64,000 bases of DNA from the IMG/VR virus record IMGVR_UViG_3300034149_000113, positions 1,050-65,049 of that record. One strand, 5' to 3'. This document shows, one piece after another, positions 25,492 through 34,400 of the stretch. The DNA is from a virus. Lineage: Duplodnaviria; Caudoviricetes. Made by a program: the position numbers and the translations under genes. Within the stretch, counting starts at the first letter, position 1. The number at the start of each line of letters is the position of its first letter. The notes beneath the pieces were generated by a model, which was not told the origin of the DNA, searched no databases, and saw only the letters and a program-made list of their open reading frames with translations.

Positions 25492-28400
25492 ACTGCGGCT
25501 GGTAGGTCCCTGCCACCGCAGCTTCCACGAAGCGCCGGTTGGTCTTGGTGTAGGGCACGCCTTCGAGGGTCATGGCCTCGCGCTTGCGCTGCGCCATCGG
25601 TGCCTTGAGCAATGACGACAGCGGCGTGGCCTTCAGGCCGTTGCGCTTCTTGGCTTCCTGCAGCTGCTTCCACTCTTCGCGCACTTCGGTCAGTGCCGCC
25701 GAGTCGTTGTTGCGGTAGGCCTCGGCGTAGTCGTTGCGCAACCGCTTCTCGCGGTCGTCGTAGAAGGTGTCCATCTCGTACTTCTGGCTCTTGATCATCT
25801 GCGGCCGGGTGATCTCGGTGGTGGGCAGGCCCAGCCCCTGCAGGACAATCGAAGCGAAGGCGAGATCATCCGGCGACATCACCACGTCGCGGTTCTTCGC
25901 CGTGATGCCCTCGGTGGCGAAGCGCATAGCCTTCAGCGCGTTGCCCACCCCGTTCGGCATGAACCCCTCCAGCCCCTTGTAGTAGTCGCCTTCCATCATG
26001 TTCCCCAGGGCCGTGGCGAAGCGTGTCCCCAGCCCGCCCACCGACGGTCCGGCCAGCGCCGTCACCGCCTCGGCGTAGCCGCTGCGCGACGTCGGGTCGA
26101 AATTACCGTAAGGAAGTAAGGAGAACGCAGTACCCATGCCGAGCTTGCCCGACATGTTGAGCCCCGCCGCCGCCGGCCCCCCGTAGAGCAGCAGATCGGC
26201 TATCGAGTCGTTGCCGATGGCTCGACGCAACTTCATGTCGACGTCGTCCGGCTCGTCCGGGTCGCCGAACAGCTTGGTGGCGAGCCAGGCGATGGCCATG
26301 GCCCCCGGCATACCCAGTGCGCCGCCAAGCGCGAACGTGTGCAACAGGATGAAGCCAAGCCCCTTGCGCGCCGCCAGCTTCACCTGGTCGTTCTCGCCCT
26401 TGAGCGCGTTGGTGAGCAGCCGCGAGATCAACGACACCTGGATGATCTGGAAGCGCCGGAACTGCCCGAACACGCTGCGCCATGGGCCGGCGATCAGTCG
26501 TGGCGTGTTGAACCCGTCGTAGCTGCCATGGGTCTGGCTGACGATGCCCTTGGCGTAGCGCGTGGCCTTGTCGTCGGGCATGCCGCGCTCGCGCTGCAGC
26601 CGGTAGGCGGCAACCGCCGTGGCTACCCGGTTGATGGACTCCACCCGCACGTTGATCCCGCGCAGCACCCGGTCGGCACGGTTCCAGTAGGCGCTGAACT
26701 TGCTGCCGTCGCCCGAGGTCGCCCACTTGCCCATGTCGACGTCGATGCCGATGTCGATCTGCCCGCTGTCCACCAGCTTCTGCAGCATCTCCCGCACGTC
26801 CTCCGGTGCCTTGGAGAAGTCCATGCGGTCGGAGACGCCCAGGCCCTTGAGCATGGGCCCCAGCTCCTGGTAGGCCCGCGTCAACGCCCGCGCCGAGCGG
26901 AAGTAGCTGTGGTCTCCGGCCAGCACCGGCAGCGACATGACCGCAGGCTGCAGAATCTGCTGCAGGTAGAACGCCGGGTTGGTGGCCAGCATCCACACCG
27001 AAGTTGCGCGCTTGACGATGTTGGACGCCGTCTGCGGATGACTCTCCATGCTGGCGGCGTGGCGCAGCAGCAGCTCGTTGTAGTAGCGCATGTTCGAGGC
27101 GCGGTCGCCCTTCTTGGCCGCCTCGCGCATGACGTCGATGCTGTCCTGGATGCCTTGGTGGTTCTCCAGCGTGGATAGGAACAGCGAGTCGGCGCGTCCC
27201 TGCGTGGCGAAGGCGCGCATCATGTTGACGTCGGCTCCGGCCACGTACATCCGGCGGCGCTCCGAGTGTCGGGCGCTGGCTTCCTGCTGCGCCGTCAGGT
27301 ACAGGTCGCTCAGCATCGAGTTCATCTGCTTGAGCGGCTTGTTGGCCTTGGGATCGTCGCCGAACTGCTCCTGCAGCAGGTTGCGCATGCGATGGAAGGC
27401 GAGGTAGATGGTGTCGCCACGCAGCAGTGCGTCGCGGGCCGCTTCCTTCTCGTAGGAGTCGACGAGTCCGTCCGGGTACTGCGCCTTGATGTCGTCGCGG
27501 ATGGCCTCGGCCTCGCCCAGCGTCTCGGCAAACTGCACCTGGTAGTGCTCGGCGTTCTTGCGCATCTCCTCCAGCGCCTTGGTGTCCTCCGCTTCCTCGG
27601 CGTCGAGATAGGCCCGCGACTTGGCCACGGTGACGTAGTCGCCGAAGCGCTTGAGCGGCGCGTAGGGTCCGTTGGCCGCAATGGCCATCAGCTCGCTGTA
27701 CTCCTTCAACCGGGCATCGCGCTGCTCAGCCAGCGTGCCAGCTTCCTTCTTCAGGTCCCGGTACTCCTTCTCCAGCTCGATGAATTCCGCCGGGTCGATG
27801 GTGGTCGACGCCATCTTCTGCTTGATGGCCGCGATCTCGGCGTCCACGCCCTTCACCCGCTCAGCGTAGTCGGCGGTGATCGACTCGACCACGGCCTTCT
27901 TCTTGGCCTGCAGCATCTCGTAGCCGTGGGCGAACACGTCGCGCACCAGCTTCTGCCCTTGCGGCGACAGCGCGTTGAAGCGCTGCTCCAGCCCAGGGTC
28001 TAGCTTCACCTGCGAGTCGGGCTTGATCCTGTAGCCCCACTTCTGCGTGTAGGTGGAGTCGTAGATGTAGCGGTTGACGCTACCCATACCGATGCCACGC
28101 TCGCCGATGGGCAGGTGGTCGTACTGCTTGAGCACGTCTTCGATCTGCTGGTTGACGCGCAGCCGGGTTGCTTGCCGGCCGTACTGGATGTCCATGTAGT
28201 CGCGCACGGCCTTGCCGAACTCCTTCGGCGAGTGGCGCTGCGCCATGTCGGAGATGTCCTCGGTGATGGCAGCGAACAGCGCGCTCTTCTTCATCCAGTC
28301 GTTGAAGGTGGTCCAGATCGCCTTGCTGGTGCGGCGCGCCGGCGGCGGCAGCTGAGCAAAGGTGCGCTCGGCCAGCGCAACGCGAGTGGATGCCTGATAG

Positions 28401-31400
28401 TCCGGGCGGATGATCGGCCTGTACGGCAGCGGGTCGCGGGCGGTAAAGAAATTGGGCAGCGGCACACCTGGCGCGTCCGACGAGATCACCGCCGGGTCGC
28501 CGCGCAGGTGCAAAGGCGTAGCTGCTACATCGCCTCGCAGTCCACGCTCGCGCTGCGTCGACACCTCGCGTGCTTCCTGCTCTCCTGCGGCGAGCATGTA
28601 GAAGCCATGCGAAAGCTCGTCGACATAGTAGTCAATGTGCAGGTCGTCGAGCAGTCTCTGGTAAGCGGCACGGTACTCAGCCTTGGCGTCTTCCAAGAGC
28701 TTGCTGTAGTCCAACTTTTGCTGCATGTAATGCTGACGTGTGTCCTTGCTGTGATACCCCCTGTCCCGCGCTTTGACCTGGGCCAGCTCAGTGTCTTCGA
28801 CAATCCGCTGGAAGTGGTACACGTCATTGGCCTTGTCCCGCAGACTTTCTATTGCTGCAGGGTTGGCGTCCAACAAGTTCCTCAATGACTGAATAAGCTG
28901 CTCGGTCTTGAACGCTTCGTAGCCGAGGTCGGTGATGACGTCATGCGGACCACCCTTGGCGATCTTCGCTTCAAGGTCCTTCAGCGCGGACTGCAGGTGG
29001 CTGTGCATGGCCCGCAGCGCCTTGCGGTTGCCGATGTCGAACAGCAGCGCGTTGGACCCGGCATGGAAATCTTCCCGCATCTGTATCCAATGCTGGACTT
29101 CATGCAGCAGCACGCTCAGCTGGTCTTCGCGGGTCGCGTGCCGCCAGGTCTCCTTGGGAACGCGAAGAGTGATCTGGTGAGTGTCCGGGTTGAACCCGCC
29201 GCTGATGCCGTAGCCTTCTTTCTCGTCGCTGTATTTCAACGCCACCAAAACATCGCGCAGCTCGGGGTAGGCAGCGAACAGCTCCGGGTGGTCGAGCACG
29301 TCGCCGAGCTTGTAGACGCGCCCGCGTTCCGGCATGTTGTACTGATCCAGAACGCCAAGCAGCGCCTTGGTGTTCTTGCCGAGCGGCAGCCGCCATTTGG
29401 CGTTGATGTCGCTGATCTCGAAACGCGGCTTGTTGTCCTTCCCCCAGATAATCCCGGTCTTTTTGTACGCCCGCCTGGCATAGGCCAGACGTTGCTTCGC
29501 GTCCATGCCCTGCATCTGCATACGGTCAAAGACCATATGCACTACCTGATCATCGGTCAGCGTTCTGGCAGAAGGCCCGACGAAGCTGGCTTGGTACTTG
29601 CCCTCGTTCCCGTCGCCTACGCCGTAGCTGACTGTCACCAACTCGTCGGGGATACCCTCGGTCACGTTCGGCGCAGCGGCCCTGCGCTGCTCGGCAGTCA
29701 TCGTACGGCGATGGGCCACGTCGCGGGCCTCGCGCTCACCGGCAATGATCTGGTAGGCGATGAAGGCGATGTCGTCCTCCATCAAAGCCTTCATGTCTTT
29801 CTTGACAGCGGTCAGCTGGTCATCTATGGCTGCGACCGCATCTTCTGCCGGCTTGGTAATGGCCTTGCGTTCGGTGTAGGTGAGGAAACCGTACGGCGTA
29901 GAGGATATGTTCGCCAGCAGTTTTTTGTGCACTTCATTGCGTCGTTCACGTGCCTCTTTGTACTCTTTGTCTTCTGTGTCGTAGTTGCGCTCCTTGTAGG
30001 GCTTCGCCCGATTCTTGGCGATAAGGTCGTCTATCTCTTCACTTATTTTTTCATAGTCGAGCTTGAGCTGGTCACGCGCTTCCCTATGCAGTCTCCTTTC
30101 TTCATCCAGCGCTGCTTCCCTGCGCTTTACTTCGGCCTCGGCTTCCTTGACTTTTTCCTGAGCCTTTTTCTTCTCCTCGACAATGGCCTTGCGCTGCACG
30201 TCGAGCGCTTCCAGCTGCGGCAGGTTCTTTACATGCTTGTCGAATGCTTCAAGCCGACGCTCACGAATCCAGTTGTCCTTGTACAGAATCGGTATGGCTT
30301 TGTGGACACGGCTCAACAGGTTCTGGCTGGTCAGGTCCACCGTGTCGGTGTTGCCGCCGTTGGCGAACGTCTCCCTCGACTGAATCCAGTGCTGGACTTC
30401 GTGCAGCAGGGTGCCGATGGGATCGGTAGCGTGCGGGGTGACCACGATGTTGGTGCCGTCGAACCAACCCTGCGTGCTGCCGAAGAAATCGAACAGCATC
30501 TTTTGCTTGCGGAACACGACGTTGTGCAGCTCGGGGTAGGCAGCGAACAGCTCCGGGTGGTCGAGCACGTCGCCGAGTTTGTAGTCAGTGCGCTGTCCAA
30601 GCGCAGCGCTCTCCGTGATCTGGTCGAACGGGACTTTCCACGTGGCGTTTTCGTCGCTGATCTCGAAGCGCCACTTGCCGTCGGGGCCCTTGTGCCAGCC
30701 CGAGGTCTGGCGCAGCCTCTCCATCAGCTCGGCCGTCGGTGCCGGCAACTTGTCTGTAGCAGCCTTGATCAGCTCCAGCGACTGCCATGGCGCAGTGACG
30801 GCTTGCTGCCCGGCGAAGGTGGCCTGATATCCACGCTGGCTAGCGAGCGGCATGCCGCGCATGGCCAAATGCGCTGCGCCGTAAGCCAGGTCGACAACGT
30901 CGCTCGCGCTCAGCTGGTCGAAGTGGATGCCGAACTTGTTGAGTGCTCTCTTGATTGCCGACCACAGCTGACGGAACCAGCGACCAAGTGGCGACCTGAC
31001 GTCGAGCACAGTGGGGTTGACCCCGGCCTTGACCGCCTCTTCGACGAAGTAGGCCAGCAACTCGCGCTCTGCCTGTGCGCCCTTCGCCCCTGACTCTTCC
31101 AGCCGAACCAGCGCAGCCTTGGCGATGCGCTGCTCCAGCTTGCCGCCGCTTTCAGCGAACTTGCGAATCTGGTTGACTAGTGCTGCGTGCGCACCGGGAG
31201 CCAGCATGTTCTCCAGTCCGATGTGCGTGCCGACTTCGTGCATGAACACGGCGGGGCCAGTGCCGGGGAGGATACGGTCGGCAATCAGCCAGACTTGATC
31301 GCCGTAGGTGAACGCCTGATCGCCAGGGTCCATCTGTCGACGCGCATCTTCAGGGATGCTCGGGTCGTCGGCGCTCTGCACGACGTGCAGCAGGTCCTTG

Positions 31401-34400
31401 TTCTCGGCTTTGATATAGGCCGTGACTTCCCGCTGCAGCGTGGCCGCGTCGTAACCGCCGCCAGTACCTTGACGCTGACTGAAACGTGCAAAAGCCCGTG
31501 GCGAGTAGATGCGCTCCGGCAGGCCAGCGGTGACGCTGGTGTCCCGAGAAACCACCAACTGCTTCATGCCTTCCAGCAGACCGGGTGCCTTCTCCTGCAC
31601 TTGCGCACGCAGCGTGCGCAGCGCTTTCCGAATCTCAGCAATGCTGAAGCTGCCCGGCTTGAACTTGTTGTAGAACTTGATCCCGTTGGGCACGACCATC
31701 GACGACCGCACCTTGTCGATGAAGCCCTTGTATTTATCCAGCACAGGAGTTGCATCCGGCGGAACACCGGCAGCGTGCACCTCCACTACCCCTTTCCTTG
31801 GAGAGTGGACAATAAGCGTCTCGACCACGGCGTCGCGGATAGAGTCCGACTGCGCCAGGATGTCTCCGTCGAGAATCTGCAGACCAGATGCCCTGTCGGG
31901 GAACGTGATGTACCGAGCCATCGCATTCTTGATCGGCCCGAACTGCCCGATGGACACGAACCCTTCCGCATCTGCGTCGGCCATCGAGAACGATGGCTTG
32001 CTGCTGGCTTGGTAGTCGACCTCCGGCAACGCGTGGACAGGCACGCCGTGCTTGGCGTACTGCTGCAGCACCTGCGCCTGCGTTACACCGGGACGCTCAC
32101 CCTTAATGAGCATGTCGCCGATAGCATCGTTGTCCTTGTCGATCCGGTTGCTCTCTTGGTACGCTGCCAACGAGCGGTCGAAGTAGTCGCCAAGGTCGTC
32201 CTTCAGCTGCCGCTGCAACTGCGCGCTCTTCTCGGCACTCATGTACCGGCGCATGCCGAAGGCTTCGTAGAAACGCTTGAACAGCGTATCGGCTGCGCTC
32301 TCGTCGCCTTCCGCCTTCTCCAGCCCAGCGCCACGCCACAAGCCGTCGGCCAGTTTCCTGTTGGCCTCGGTTGCAGCTTCCACCTTGTCGTAACGCGCCA
32401 TGATGGCGTCTTCAGTGATAGCGCCCTGCACATCCACCGATGTGTCCTTGATGATGGCCACCGGCTTGGCACCGTGCTTCTGCACAAGACTGTCGTTCTG
32501 ATAGCCCTTGCTGCGCAGGTTCAGGTCGGACTTGCGGAACACCAGGATGGTCCCGCCTTCGTCATCGAACGCCTGCCCATCGCGGGTGGTGCTGACGTTG
32601 GCACCGACGCGCAAGCCGTTCTTCATGATGCTGTCGATGTCAGCGTCGTTGCGCACGGCGTGGAACGCGTACTCGTCGCTGTCGAGGTATTTCTCGGCAC
32701 CAGTCTTTGGCGCAGTGCGGCTGGCCTGGTACTTTTCGTCTTTCCTCACATAGGGTTTGTTGTTGACCCAGAGGATCGGCTTGAAGTGCGGCCCCATCGT
32801 TTCGTGGACACCTGCGCCACGGAAGTCAGCGGGGTTGAACCCGGCGGCGCGGGCCTCAGCAGGCGTGGCGAATCGGCCTATTTCTGCTGGGGCGCGACGG
32901 CTGGCCTGGTACTTCGGCCCAGCAGCTTCTTGCGCCATCCAGTCCCGCGCTTCCTTCTCACTGGCGAAGTGCTCCAGCACGCCCTGCGTGTCGTGATGCA
33001 CCGCGTGCGTCATTCCGGCAGGGAACGGCGTGGGGCTGTCCTCCTGCGTGATGACTTGGTACGGCCCTGTTGCTGTCGCAGCAACTGGTGCGGCTTTCGG
33101 CTTGCTGCGCGTGATCTTGTCATCGAGCAGCTTGACGTCGTTATCCGTCCAGTTGCTCTCGCCGCCGTCGATGAACTCCTGCTTCTGCGCGTGCGTCAGT
33201 TCCGACCACTTGCGGTAGTCGGGATGCAGTGCGACTGCCGCGTTCCACCACCACATCGCCTTTTCGCGGGTGGACATGGCCATGTACTGCTCTTCCAACT
33301 CCTGCCGCTTCTTGGCCTCGGTCGCGGTGACGGGCGTGCCGGGTTTCTTCTCGGCAGCGGCCACCCGTTTCTTCTTTTCCTTCTCGCCCTGCTTGACCAC
33401 CACCTCGGCGGTCTTTGACGGCGCAGCTGCCGTGCCGCCGGGTGCTTCCGTCTTCGTCCGCAGTGGCGTGAGCGTGCCGGCTACTTCAGCCGCTGCCTCG
33501 CCGGTGTGCACGGTGACGCCGCTGGGCGTCTGGGCTGCCTTCAGTACGCGCCCTTTTTTGCCTTTCGGAAGCTGACCTTTTTTGGCACCCTTTCCGGCAG
33601 CTTTTTCATGTCCGGCGTCGCCGCCGCGAACTCCTTCGCCACCTTCGGATTCGTTGCGAACAGTTTCTTCGCCTGCGCTTTCGACTTGAACGGCATCTGC
33701 GTCCTCCTCGGTTTCCCGGTTGAGCGTGGCATCGACTTCTACGACACCTTCCAGTTCGTTCTCGACTTCGCTGACCTTGCGCTTTGACGCCTTGGCGATC
33801 TCGATCTTCACCCGCGACTCGATCTCGGCCGCGAGGGCTTTCAGTGCCTTGAGGTCGGCATCGTCTCCCAGGTCCTTGGACAGCCGCGCCATGTCGGCCC
33901 GCGAAGACAGCGCCTGCCCTGGCTTCAGGCGCGCCTGCAGCAACTCCATCAAGCGCACCGACATGCGCTGCAGCTGCGCGTCCGACCAAACGTATTCGCC
34001 CTTGTCGTTGCGCGCACCGAGCCGCTTCGCCGGGTCCTTGCCATCGACGAGCTTGCGCAGCCGGCCCAGCTCCTGCGCCAGGTCGCCGGGCCTGACGTCG
34101 CCTTCGTCCGACCCCTGGCCCGAGCCAGCGGAGCCAACCTCGTACAGCCCCTCTTCCATCTGCTGGCCGGTGCTGGCGGTCACCATGCCGCTCTTCTTTA
34201 TGCCGACCTCATCGGCGGCCTCGCGCACCGGCGCGGCTTCAGTTACCCGCGTGTCTTCCACACCCTGCGTCGCGGTGCGAATCTCGGCGGCGTTCTCATC
34301 GGTCACTACCTCTTCTTCGGCACGGGTGGGCAGCTCTTCCAGCGGCTCCACCGTGATGCCCATCTTCTCGGCTGTCTCTTCCATCGCCTTGCGATACTCG

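Noticed and set aside
29257-30577. 52-bp repeat pair as a DGR template/variable repeat
   Set aside because: Copies are identical with no adenine-specific mismatches, and no reverse transcriptase is encoded
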